Shown here in pieces: positions 10,190-19,662 of a DNA stretch of 64,000 nucleotides. The notes beneath the pieces were generated by a model that saw nothing but the letters and a program-made list of their open reading frames with translations, had not been told where the DNA came from and searched no databases. The DNA is taken from assembly GCA_040285745.1 (NCBI GenBank), contig JAUFOR010000001.1, forward strand, positions 744,001 to 808,000, written 5' to 3'. The stretch is from Barthelona sp. PCE. Taxonomy: Eukaryota. A program made the translations under genes and the position numbers. The stretch's first letter is position 1. Each line of letters begins with the position of its first letter.

Positions 10190-12919
10190 ATGAAGCATTG
10201 TTGTTTTCTTATTTTTTTGATTCTCATTGTAACGTTTACGAGTGCTGAGACTCAGCCATCCGTGAATTTCGATGAGTATTGTACACAGCCGCTGTTTTTA
10301 AGCGAATATTCAATGCCTTTCATTCACTCTGTTGTGTATAGTGACACATTAACACTTGAGTTCCGTTTTGATCGGCGAACATGTCTTTTTGAATCGTCTC
10401 ACAGCATTTATGACATTGTGGATTATGATGCGTACTTTAGAACACCATATGTCTTAGTTATCGATTTGCACGATGTGTTCTTGAGCACAAATGAGTTGTT
10501 TATTGGAGATATACCATACGATAACCGTGCGATGAATCTCTTCAGCTATTATAACTCAACTAAGATGTTAGAACGAACGTTTTCAGATATTCGTGTTGTT
10601 TCACTTTCACGAAATCGCAACATATTTATAGGAGAGCTCGAGGAAGGAGGTTATTTTTTCAAGAATAATTTTTATAAAGCAGAAATATTCACATATGCAA
10701 AACTTTCCTATCCCTTTATTGTATTAGATGTAGAACAGTATAGTGGTCTTTATTTTGATTTCACACACATGAAGAAGTACGACAGAGGCATGAATGTGGT
10801 TGATGAGGATCTTAACAAGATGTTTAAGATATCTTCGATTGATTTTACTGATGAGAAGTTGACCTTTGATTATGAGATCTTACTTAATACACATCTGAAA
10901 GTAGAACCAAGAATGGACACGGTGAAGTACACTTATTCAGATTTAAGGGATGTTTTTAGTCGAAAATTTTTTATATTTCACACTCTACTGAATTGTCCAA
11001 CCAAGTCATTACCATTTCTTTGTATGAAGAAATATACCATAAAAGGGTATCTGGAAGCACGCCTACTTCCTGTACCTTTCCCAACAGCAGATAAAGTTAA
11101 TTCCGTTTCGACAGGACAGATTCGATTTGTTAATGACAAGATCCGTTTTTTGTTCAAGGAACTACCTGATTCCATTGTTCTCTGCGCAGGACATAACCCA
11201 CCACACATCGATCACTCCAAAGGGTTCTACGGTTGTGATGGTTATTTCCCACCTTTAACAAAGGAAGATTCAGTTCCTTTACATGTTGGAAAATCGTTCA
11301 GAAACAAAAAGATGTCTTTACTGCACCTAGGTTCAAGTCCAGGTCACTTAATTATTTCAAAGACAAAGGTGCTGACAATTCCACTGGACATTATTCCATT
11401 CAAGACAGATCCTTATCTCTATTTCGAGTTTGCCACTTCTTCAAAGCGTAGTGTTATTGTAACTCTACAAAACCCGCTCTTCGATGATGTCAAAGCATAT
11501 GACACGAACAATATCATTGCTGTAGTTGCCACGTTGATACTTGGGTTGATGATTTCGATTTTCCTCTTTATTACTCTTTTTTATGTCAAGCGGAGGAACA
11601 GAGACATCAACAGACTCAAGAAAAGGTTCAAGATGTTAGAGTACGCAAGGGAGATGAAGAGAAAGAAGCCTAATACGTCAAAGTTGAAGAAATTCTCTTC
11701 CGTATCGTCGTTTTTTACTGATACAAGCGTTGAACGCGTTCATATATCTCCAGATAAATCAGTGAACGTCATGAACACGTCCATGGGATCGTCGAGACTC
11801 GATCTTAGTGATATATCATCTGAAGAATCGGAAGAGGGAATTGATGAAAATGAAGTTGTTTTAGACGCAGATGATATACTGCTCATCAGTGATATCGAGA
11901 AGTGTTATAGGCACTACCGCGTGTTCTTTGTAACACAGGATAACTGGGCATCCCTCATTCAGCTCATCAACAAATTGGCGTTTGGTAAGAAGAAAGTTCT
12001 TCTGTTGAGTCCTCTTGCAAATATTATCCGTGCGTTATTGTACCGTACAGTATCAAAAATATCACGTATTGATATGGAGTTCCTTTTGGTTTTTTTCACT
12101 AATCGGACGATTGATCATCTTTGCTTTTCTGAGATGTTTAGCATTGATATTATCACAGACCCTAATGTCTTATCGACATACGGCAGGCTGGCTGGCGAAC
12201 TTTATGGTTTGGAGCCGAAGAGCACTGTCACGTTACAATCGAGTGAGATCTTGGGGTTGATTCACATATTTCAAAAGCGTCATATATTATCTTCACAGGA
12301 ATGGAATCTTTGGGAGAAGGCACATCAAAGCGGAAAGGTTATCTTGTCTCATAAAGAGATTAAATTAGTTATGGATATCATTATAAGAGCATATATGCTT
12401 GCGAACCAGACTGAGGAGGAACGCGCAAACTACAGGGCATGTAATATCCTGCTCAAAGAATTGTACGTACCGTCTATTCACCGTTCAGAGCAAGAAGGTT
12501 TGATTCGTATAGATGCAGGAGAAATTAGACAGTTGTTACGCTTTGTTGTATCAATGCGTGATGATTTGGCACCATCGCTGAGCCAGTTGCATCTTTTCAA
12601 TACAATTAAGCAGCAATTACATCTTCATTCCATACCATTTACAAAACAGGCATTAACGATGTTGACTGATGCATTGTCATCATCGTCTTCAGCTACGAAG
12701 TTGTTGAAACGCTTTTTATATGTTCCTCGTATATCGAAACTAGCCAATTTCAGTGATGTATCTCGTCCTTCAACTCCTACATTATTTTCGGATGAAAGTG
12801 ATGATAATAACTGGTTTTCAGGAGAACAAAATGAAGAATTCCAACTTGAAGATGTCAGTAGAAGTGATTTGTTACTTCCGAAAGACGTATTTGATTCTTT
12901 AGCGAGCAGTTTGTTTTAA
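10190..12919 (+). CDS. Type I membrane protein of unknown function, 909 aa
   Basis: N-terminal signal peptide (MKHCCFLIFLILIVTFTSA), one TM helix (IIAVVATLILGLMISIFLFITLFYV) followed by KRR, long cytoplasmic tail. Confidence 0.8.
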   Translation: MKHCCFLIFLILIVTFTSAETQPSVNFDEYCTQPLFLSEYSMPFIHSVVYSDTLTLEFRFDRRTCLFESSHSIYDIVDYDAYFRTPYVLVIDLHDVFLSTNELFIGDIPYDNRAMNLFSYYNSTKMLERTFSDIRVVSLSRNRNIFIGELEEGGYFFKNNFYKAEIFTYAKLSYPFIVLDVEQYSGLYFDFTHMKKYDRGMNVVDEDLNKMFKISSIDFTDEKLTFDYEILLNTHLKVEPRMDTVKYTYSDLRDVFSRKFFIFHTLLNCPTKSLPFLCMKKYTIKGYLEARLLPVPFPTADKVNSVSTGQIRFVNDKIRFLFKELPDSIVLCAGHNPPHIDHSKGFYGCDGYFPPLTKEDSVPLHVGKSFRNKKMSLLHLGSSPGHLIISKTKVLTIPLDIIPFKTDPYLYFEFATSSKRSVIVTLQNPLFDDVKAYDTNNIIAVVATLILGLMISIFLFITLFYVKRRNRDINRLKKRFKMLEYAREMKRKKPNTSKLKKFSSVSSFFTDTSVERVHISPDKSVNVMNTSMGSSRLDLSDISSEESEEGIDENEVVLDADDILLISDIEKCYRHYRVFFVTQDNWASLIQLINKLAFGKKKVLLLSPLANIIRALLYRTVSKISRIDMEFLLVFFTNRTIDHLCFSEMFSIDIITDPNVLSTYGRLAGELYGLEPKSTVTLQSSEILGLIHIFQKRHILSSQEWNLWEKAHQSGKVILSHKEIKLVMDIIIRAYMLANQTEEERANYRACNILLKELYVPSIHRSEQEGLIRIDAGEIRQLLRFVVSMRDDLAPSLSQLHLFNTIKQQLHLHSIPFTKQALTMLTDALSSSSSATKLLKRFLYVPRISKLANFSDVSRPSTPTLFSDESDDNNWFSGEQNEEFQLEDVSRSDLLLPKDVFDSLASSLF

Positions 12920-13983
12920 TCTTCATTAAATCTAATAACATAACACTGCATTTTCTCTTCTTGATCAGTCCTAAATTCAATAATGTAATAAACTAGATAC
13001 TTTCCATTTGCACTACTAATCTCATAACCAACGCTACAATCGGGTGAATTCCATTTGCTGTCAAAGTACTTTTCACTTTCATCAAATGATTCTATACGGG
13101 TTGCTTCCACAACTACAGTGAAACCAATCTTTTCTTTAAAAACAAAACGATGATCTTTGATATAAAATGCATTACTATCTGTAAACATTTCATATTTTTC
13201 TCGTAAAAATCGAAGATATAGTTCCTTATCCTGGTCTGACTCAAACGTAACATTATATTGATCGCAACCTTGTGAACTAAAATCAATCCATTTCAATTTT
13301 GTTCGATCTTCAATACTCTGTACAAACATTTGACTTGTAACAATATTTAACGGGTTAACGAGCATCTTACTCAAATATACAATAGGTGTGAGTTTGTTTA
13401 GATCATAAATCAATGTATCCTTTCCCAGTCCAAAAATGATTAAAAAATTCTCGCTTGTGATTGATAAAGAGCATTCATCGGTAAATGGGATCGTTCTGAG
13501 CGGCTGTACTACTGGATTCTCATTGAATCCAACGGTATAAAGTTTTCTACCAATTCCATATACTACAGTACTATATGACATTGCAAAATTATGTGTATCA
13601 TCATACTTTCCAAATGAGATAGAAAATACCCTGAATGCACTCTTTTTATCTAAATCTAATTGATAACCACTGAGAAGTAATTCATCTGGTGTAATTTTAT
13701 GTGAAATTACTATGCGATCTCCACTGCCAACAATATTGACATCTCCCCAGTCAAAACCCTCCTCAAAATCGAGTACAATCGGAAACTTGAACAGTAAAGG
13801 ACAATTTGGTTGAGAAATGTCATGAATATATATTTCTGGCCAGCAGGCAGTTGCCAAATATGTATTTGGTTCTCCTTCTGAATCAGAAATATCATCAATT
13901 GTATTACTAGTGGATTTGGTAAGAAAGCAATGCGAATCCATAGAACTCATGATTAAGAGATCTTCTGCACCATTGGGAGTCAT
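12916..13983 (-). CDS. Hypothetical beta-rich protein, 355 aa
   Basis: ATG-initiated 1-kb ORF whose stop overlaps that of the convergent gene (TTAA). Confidence 0.7.
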   Translation of the reverse strand: MTPNGAEDLLIMSSMDSHCFLTKSTSNTIDDISDSEGEPNTYLATACWPEIYIHDISQPNCPLLFKFPIVLDFEEGFDWGDVNIVGSGDRIVISHKITPDELLLSGYQLDLDKKSAFRVFSISFGKYDDTHNFAMSYSTVVYGIGRKLYTVGFNENPVVQPLRTIPFTDECSLSITSENFLIIFGLGKDTLIYDLNKLTPIVYLSKMLVNPLNIVTSQMFVQSIEDRTKLKWIDFSSQGCDQYNVTFESDQDKELYLRFLREKYEMFTDSNAFYIKDHRFVFKEKIGFTVVVEATRIESFDESEKYFDSKWNSPDCSVGYEISSANGKYLVYYIIEFRTDQEEKMQCYVIRFNED

Positions 13984-14233
13984 TGTTTTGCAGCGGTTGG
14001 CTGAACAAAAATTGTTGAAAAGGAGTGATTAAAGATTAACCAAAAGCTAATTTTCTTACGATCTGCAGTATTATTACTAGTCAAAACATTAATATACTTG
14101 ATGTAGCACGTGTATAGATGTGCATAAATACGAAAAAGAACTGCACAATGATAACCTGTCAAAATAATGTTTTATTATTTATCTAAAAGTCTCCTATGAA
14201 CATCTTTAGTACATCTATATCACTGAAATCTTT

Positions 14234-14737
14234 CTAAAAAATGGGTTCAAACATACATCCGGCATCAGGACAAATATTTCCACTGGCAGCTAAAATCATA
14301 TCAAAAAACCACCATACACCAAAACCACCAAGTGTAATAAGCTTTAGAACGCCTCGGAAAGTGTGACCGACATAAAATCTATCAAGTCCAAGGAAACCAC
14401 CAAAGACAGAAAGGAGATGAACTGTGGGGAAGTGATGATCATTTGTTTCAAAGCACGGGTAGTTCTCTACGGTGAATGTTTGGGGACCAGAACAAGGAAG
14501 ATCTTGGTGAATTGTGCAACTGGCATTACCTAAAGGAATATTATCCCAAAATGTTGCTTTTTTAGGGCAATCGGGTGTGCAGACCATGTATTCCATGGGG
14601 AGGTTTGAGCACGGGATCTCATCTATATTATTCGGATCAAACGTGTGAGTAGGTGTGGGTCTGATGATTGCAAAGGCTTTGGGTGTAATGACGCATAGTA
14701 AAAGCACAAGCGCCAGAATGTAGGTCTTCTTAACCAT
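14234..14737 (-). CDS. TM2 domain-containing protein (TM2D family)
   Basis: Signal peptide, Cys-rich ectodomain, then LLSVFGGFLGLDRFYVGH...KLITLGGFGVWWFFD (TM2 motif). Confidence 0.92.
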   Translation of the reverse strand: MVKKTYILALVLLLCVITPKAFAIIRPTPTHTFDPNNIDEIPCSNLPMEYMVCTPDCPKKATFWDNIPLGNASCTIHQDLPCSGPQTFTVENYPCFETNDHHFPTVHLLSVFGGFLGLDRFYVGHTFRGVLKLITLGGFGVWWFFDMILAASGNICPDAGCMFEPIF

Positions 14738-14909
14738 GTTATGGAAATGGAAGATGAAAAATGGGTGAGTTACACAAAAACGGTAATATTTATCTGCTCT
14801 GACTTTTTCAGACTGTTGCTGGGCTACAATGAACGTATGTGTTCTCTATAAACAGTTGTGTACCTCAATTAACTGTGTATGTATTGTTTTAATTTAGTTT
14901 CTTTCTTTC

Positions 14910-15992
14910 ATGTCTTTTGCTTTGAAACTTCCATTATCTGGGGCAAATTTGATCAAAGACACGATTAAATGGTTGAGGGATAATCAAATGTGGCCCAAAC
15001 GTGCGAAAGTACAGAAAGTAGACAATGGGTTTGTTTTTCCTCTGTTGTGTACAGAAAGAAGGGATGCAGTCAATATTTGCACACATTTCGGAGTTTGTGA
15101 ATTAATAGAACCCAACGAATCGTTGACTACATGGGAATCTAGCCAACAAAAATTTTCACGCTACCTTGATGAGCATGATGTACCACCTATTAAGATGAAA
15201 ATCGATAGATATGGTGACATTGCGGTTGTATTTATTCCAACAGACAAACAGATACACAAGAACATTTATGGCAATGCATTTTTGCATGTTTTTTCTGATT
15301 TTGACAGAGTGTGCATCAAGAGTGTACAGTGTGACGGAACATTCAGAGCAGCACAGTATGAGATTATAGCAAAGAGAGATGGAGCACCAAATGATTTGTG
15401 CTCAATATATACAGAGAGTGGTACTCGATTACACATTGATCTTAACAAGTTTTTCTTCTCTTCTAGATTGGCGAGTGAACGTAAGAGACTCAGAAACGCA
15501 ATTCAAGAGGAAGAGAGTGTTTTGGTAATGTTTGCTGGCAGTGGTCCGTTTGGAACCGTTATTGCTCGAGAAAATCCTTTTGTGAAGCGGCTGACCATGA
15601 TAGAAATGAACCCCGAGTGTGAGAATTACATAGAGAAGAACATAAATGAGAATAATTTAGAGAATGTCGTTGATTTCTTTATAGGAGATGTTAATGTTGT
15701 TCTTCCTGAATTAGACGGAATTTATAACCGGTTTGTGCTCCCCTGTCCTCGCATTGCAATAGACTATGTGCCTCTTTTAATTGAAAACCAGCGAATTTTT
15801 GCAGATAATTGCTTTTTACATTTGTACGTTTTTTGTAGCGAAGAAGAGTTGCAATCACATATTATTCGTGCCATATCCATGCTTGAGGGAGCATTAATGG
15901 ATATATTAAAGGTTGAGTCACATAAATCTGGATCACAAAACGCTAGTACGATTCGGTTCTGCATTGATATTGAGTTTAAAAGAACTGATTAA
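14910..15992 (+). CDS. Trm5/Tyw2 (Met-10+)-family SAM-dependent tRNA-modifying enzyme, probably tRNA (guanine37-N1)-methyltransferase
   Basis: FFFSSRLASERKRL, VLVMFAGSGPF (SAM motif I), IEMNP, YGDIAVV. Confidence 0.82.
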   Translation: MSFALKLPLSGANLIKDTIKWLRDNQMWPKRAKVQKVDNGFVFPLLCTERRDAVNICTHFGVCELIEPNESLTTWESSQQKFSRYLDEHDVPPIKMKIDRYGDIAVVFIPTDKQIHKNIYGNAFLHVFSDFDRVCIKSVQCDGTFRAAQYEIIAKRDGAPNDLCSIYTESGTRLHIDLNKFFFSSRLASERKRLRNAIQEEESVLVMFAGSGPFGTVIARENPFVKRLTMIEMNPECENYIEKNINENNLENVVDFFIGDVNVVLPELDGIYNRFVLPCPRIAIDYVPLLIENQRIFADNCFLHLYVFCSEEELQSHIIRAISMLEGALMDILKVESHKSGSQNASTIRFCIDIEFKRTD

Positions 15993-16092
15993 ACTGAATA
16001 ATTATAGGTAAAAATAATTAATTAATAATTTGTGAGTCAAATCACAATGTTATGGTTAATAATTTATTTATAATGACAAGTAAACACATTTT

Positions 16093-18444
16093 CTATATGA
16101 TTAATGGGGTACGTTCGTTGACAGAAAGCTTTTGCGCTTCATCTGGCTTACGTGGCCACCATACAATACTGTCTCCACTGAGATATAGAACAGCAGGAGC
16201 TATTAGAGTTCTTACGAATAAAACATCAATGAATACACTTGATGCAAGGATAATTCCAATAGATTTGACAACTACGAGGTCTGAAACAGCTAATGACAAG
16301 AACGAGGTTATCATGATGAAGCCAGCACCCAAAATCGTTGGGATATTATCATGCATTGCTAACTTAATACTATTTGTGTGACTATATCCTTCAAAACGCT
16401 TTTCTTTCACACCAAGGAATAGGAAGAAAGTATAGTCGGTTGAAAGGCCTACACAAATGGAAAAAGCAATTACTTCAGCCGCCCACAACAAACTGTCACT
16501 GCCAGTATTGCCAAAAATTTGGTTTTGGAAAATTGCAGCGCCAATACCGAATGCAGAACCGATGGGGATAATCATCAAAGCAATCATTCGGACAGGAAGC
16601 CATGGAAGACGAGTCATAATGATCGACCAAACTGCAATAACAGCAGCAGTAATAACTATCTGATAAGAGAACATATCCATAACAGTATTAACTAGATCAA
16701 ACTGACGAATTGCAGTGCCATCAACAACGACCTTGATGTCAGTGCTTTTGTTATTGAACTCATCAACAACACTACGCATTGTGGATGGTAGGACGTTTTG
16801 AATTTCCCCAAAAGGATCTACATTAGGCTGGGCAAGAAGAACCGTGCCTGTCATATCTTTGTTGGTAACCTGAGAGAAAACTGCGCGGTAAACGACGGCC
16901 GAAGGTGTCTGGATAGGAACGTGTGTAAAGAGATTGGCGAAGTCGAAATCCATTTCTTGTCCACTGATGTATGCCTCACCCTCGACATTCATACTCGTGA
17001 GGTAAGTTGCATTTTTGGCAATGAGCATATTAGCGAAGTGAGCCTGCTTATCGAAAAACTCTTGGGAGAAAACAATGCCGTCTGAGGGTGAGAATGAGGA
17101 TTTATCAGGTGAACCACTGACGTTATGAAAAACGAAATAGTATGGGTTGACAATACCAGCAGAAAACTCACGACTCAGCAAATCTAAGGATTGTTGATTC
17201 AGTGATGTACTGGGAAAGAATTGGTGATTGTCAGTCGTGTAATCCAAATGTAGCAGAGGTCCAACAAAGAGTGAACTGACTCCAATGGCAACAACAACAA
17301 CCGAAATCGCAACCCACTTGTTTGAAAGTAAGTTACCTAACCACAGGAAGACTGACTTCGGTTCCTCTTCAGCAGCCTCAAGAGCATCTTTCCGTTTCAA
17401 AGTGGATGAAAACCAGGGGAAGGTCAACAGCAAAGAGGGTGCGAGTGTAACGTTGACCAGCATGATTGCTATGATGGCAGAGATACATCCGACAGCCAAA
17501 GACCTGATGGTTGAAGTTGGAAACAGTAAAAGTCCAGCAAATGACAGTAGAAGACACGTGGCGCTCGTAAAAATGAGCTCCGTGGATGCCTTTGAAGCAA
17601 TTCTGGTCGCTTCAACATGTGTTTTACCTCTACCAATTTCCTTGCGGAAACGCACCAACATAAACAGACTGTAATCAATACCAAGCGCAACAATTATGCT
17701 CATGATGATTGAGGGTACGAATATTAAGACCTTTCCAGCCCAAAATTTTGCAATAAAATACATTACTGCGAAAGAGATCAAAAAAGTTACGGATAAACTG
17801 ACTAGAGGCACAATTAACAGCTTAATTGACCGAAGCATAAGCACCAATATGATGAACGCAAGCGGTATAGCAATTTTATCCATGTTCGAGAGATCTAAGG
17901 CTATTTGCTTTTTTGAAGTATCAACCAAAGTATCAAAGCTAAGCATGTCCGCAAAAACTACACTTTCATTGAGTTTAAGATGATCTATATAATCACTTAT
18001 GGTGCTTGCAAAAGCAGCTTTTTTGCTTGGTTCAGTGATCTCTGTTGTTATGAGGTTAATGATGGTAGTGTTGTCGTCAGAAACCATGTAGTTGAGAAGA
18101 GAACGAACATCAGGATCATCGAAGTTAAAAATTGAAAAAAAGGTGGCATTAACGAGATTATGAAGCGTGGTATTGAATTCACGAATCAAAGATTCAACAT
18201 GTGCATCAGTCCTAACATCACTACCATTAGTTTGAACAAGAAGCACGCCAGGACTCATATCAGCTGAATTAGGAAACAAGCTATCACGCAGATTCTTTGA
18301 TTTGAAGCCTCTGGTAGTCTCTGGCGCCTTTAAATCGAAAGAGCACTCGTTAGGAAATTTTAAGGCAAAGGGAATAGATGCAGCGGCTAAAAGGATCCAT
18401 AAAATAACAATGACTTTAGGAAATCTAGAAATAAAGGCCCACAT
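16093..18444 (-). CDS. MmpL-family RND transporter, 783 aa
   Basis: Two repeats of 1 TM + loop + 5 TM. GIDYSLFMLVRFRKE and GLSTDYTFF proton-relay motifs; RTLIAPAV...WWP near the C-terminus. Confidence 0.9.
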   Translation of the reverse strand: MWAFISRFPKVIVILWILLAAASIPFALKFPNECSFDLKAPETTRGFKSKNLRDSLFPNSADMSPGVLLVQTNGSDVRTDAHVESLIREFNTTLHNLVNATFFSIFNFDDPDVRSLLNYMVSDDNTTIINLITTEITEPSKKAAFASTISDYIDHLKLNESVVFADMLSFDTLVDTSKKQIALDLSNMDKIAIPLAFIILVLMLRSIKLLIVPLVSLSVTFLISFAVMYFIAKFWAGKVLIFVPSIIMSIIVALGIDYSLFMLVRFRKEIGRGKTHVEATRIASKASTELIFTSATCLLLSFAGLLLFPTSTIRSLAVGCISAIIAIMLVNVTLAPSLLLTFPWFSSTLKRKDALEAAEEEPKSVFLWLGNLLSNKWVAISVVVVAIGVSSLFVGPLLHLDYTTDNHQFFPSTSLNQQSLDLLSREFSAGIVNPYYFVFHNVSGSPDKSSFSPSDGIVFSQEFFDKQAHFANMLIAKNATYLTSMNVEGEAYISGQEMDFDFANLFTHVPIQTPSAVVYRAVFSQVTNKDMTGTVLLAQPNVDPFGEIQNVLPSTMRSVVDEFNNKSTDIKVVVDGTAIRQFDLVNTVMDMFSYQIVITAAVIAVWSIIMTRLPWLPVRMIALMIIPIGSAFGIGAAIFQNQIFGNTGSDSLLWAAEVIAFSICVGLSTDYTFFLFLGVKEKRFEGYSHTNSIKLAMHDNIPTILGAGFIMITSFLSLAVSDLVVVKSIGIILASSVFIDVLFVRTLIAPAVLYLSGDSIVWWPRKPDEAQKLSVNERTPLII

Positions 18445-18752
18445 AATCTATAAAATATGAATGAAAAGAGTAAGAAAAGAAAAGCAGAGATGTATGGGTA
18501 TACAAGAATTACGTGAAGTTTGAGGTTTCTGTATTCTATTAAAAGACTGTGCAATTAAATACTATCCCATAAAAGAAGTTAATGTCAAATGTTTCCTAAT
18601 ATTCTCTATACAGTATTTTGTAGGTATTTTAACTGTATTCCTCCCGTACACTCACTATGTGCCGATGTTTCTGACTTTTAAACAGTTGGGGCCCAACTTT
18701 TTCCACTCAGAGTTGTTTTAGTTAAAAGAACCTCGTTCGTCATCGTCATTGA

Positions 18753-19634
18753 ATGATTGCCAATGACATTGCCCAAAGCCATGGTCATAGAACTCAAGAA
18801 AAGTCTGTTCGAGCAAAAAGGTTTGTAGCTCATCATTCTCGAAGTCTGAGCTCACATCTCCACCAGAAAAAGAGACAGATTTTAACAGTGGGTCCTTCTG
18901 CTATAAAAAATAATACATCTGCATCTACAGTGAAGACTCAGACCATTCAATCTTCTCCCACTGGGTCAAGTATTTACGCAGTTAGTAATAAGCCTTCCAC
19001 GGTGAGAATTGTCCGTGTAGACCAGGAGGAACCACAGTATGAACAATACGAACATGAGATGGAGTATTATCAGGAATCGAAGAAGAAGGAGTCGAAGAAG
19101 AAGCCACAATTTAAGCTTATGAATAGGGATGAATTCCGCAAAGAGATGGAAACACATGAATTTGAGACAGAACGAGTGATAGAACAACCTGCTGTTCGAC
19201 CCAGGGAGGATTTTATTTTTTTTGAAGATCTAGAAATTGAGCAGGCTCCTCAACCTTTTTCTTCAGAGGATGAAGACAGTATCAACAATCCATTCGAAGC
19301 ACAACTGATGCTTAATGAAGATATTGATGTTGGTGTTTCGTTTGATGATCTGCCTGATAATCTCCCACCTTTAGAGCCAGTTAAGAATTCAATTTCTTTA
19401 CTTATGGCTCCCTCAATTAACCTGATGAATATGTCAGTTGTTGAAGATGTTGAAGAAGAAAAAGAAGAAGTTCAAGAAGCTAAAAAATCCAAACAACCTG
19501 CTTTTATTGGTGTACTTACACCAGGCATCATTTTACCAACAAATAAGAAGAATAATGGGGAACAGAAATCAACAAAGAAACGAAGGAAACAACGTAATAA
19601 GAACCATACTCGACGAAACAGAAGAGAGCAGTAA
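18753..19634 (+). CDS. Hypothetical low-complexity protein, 293 aa (acidic middle, basic C-terminus)
   Basis: ATG-initiated ORF; stop embedded in AGTAAAT. Confidence 0.7.
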   Translation: MIANDIAQSHGHRTQEKSVRAKRFVAHHSRSLSSHLHQKKRQILTVGPSAIKNNTSASTVKTQTIQSSPTGSSIYAVSNKPSTVRIVRVDQEEPQYEQYEHEMEYYQESKKKESKKKPQFKLMNRDEFRKEMETHEFETERVIEQPAVRPREDFIFFEDLEIEQAPQPFSSEDEDSINNPFEAQLMLNEDIDVGVSFDDLPDNLPPLEPVKNSISLLMAPSINLMNMSVVEDVEEEKEEVQEAKKSKQPAFIGVLTPGIILPTNKKNNGEQKSTKKRRKQRNKNHTRRNRREQ

Positions 19635-19662
19635 ATTTGTTGCATAGCTGGTATTTTTACAT

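Noticed and set aside
14835-14897. Possible 5'-UTR intron of the Trm5-like gene (GTATGT...AATTTAG)
   Set aside because: No branch A at -8, unlike all six supported introns.
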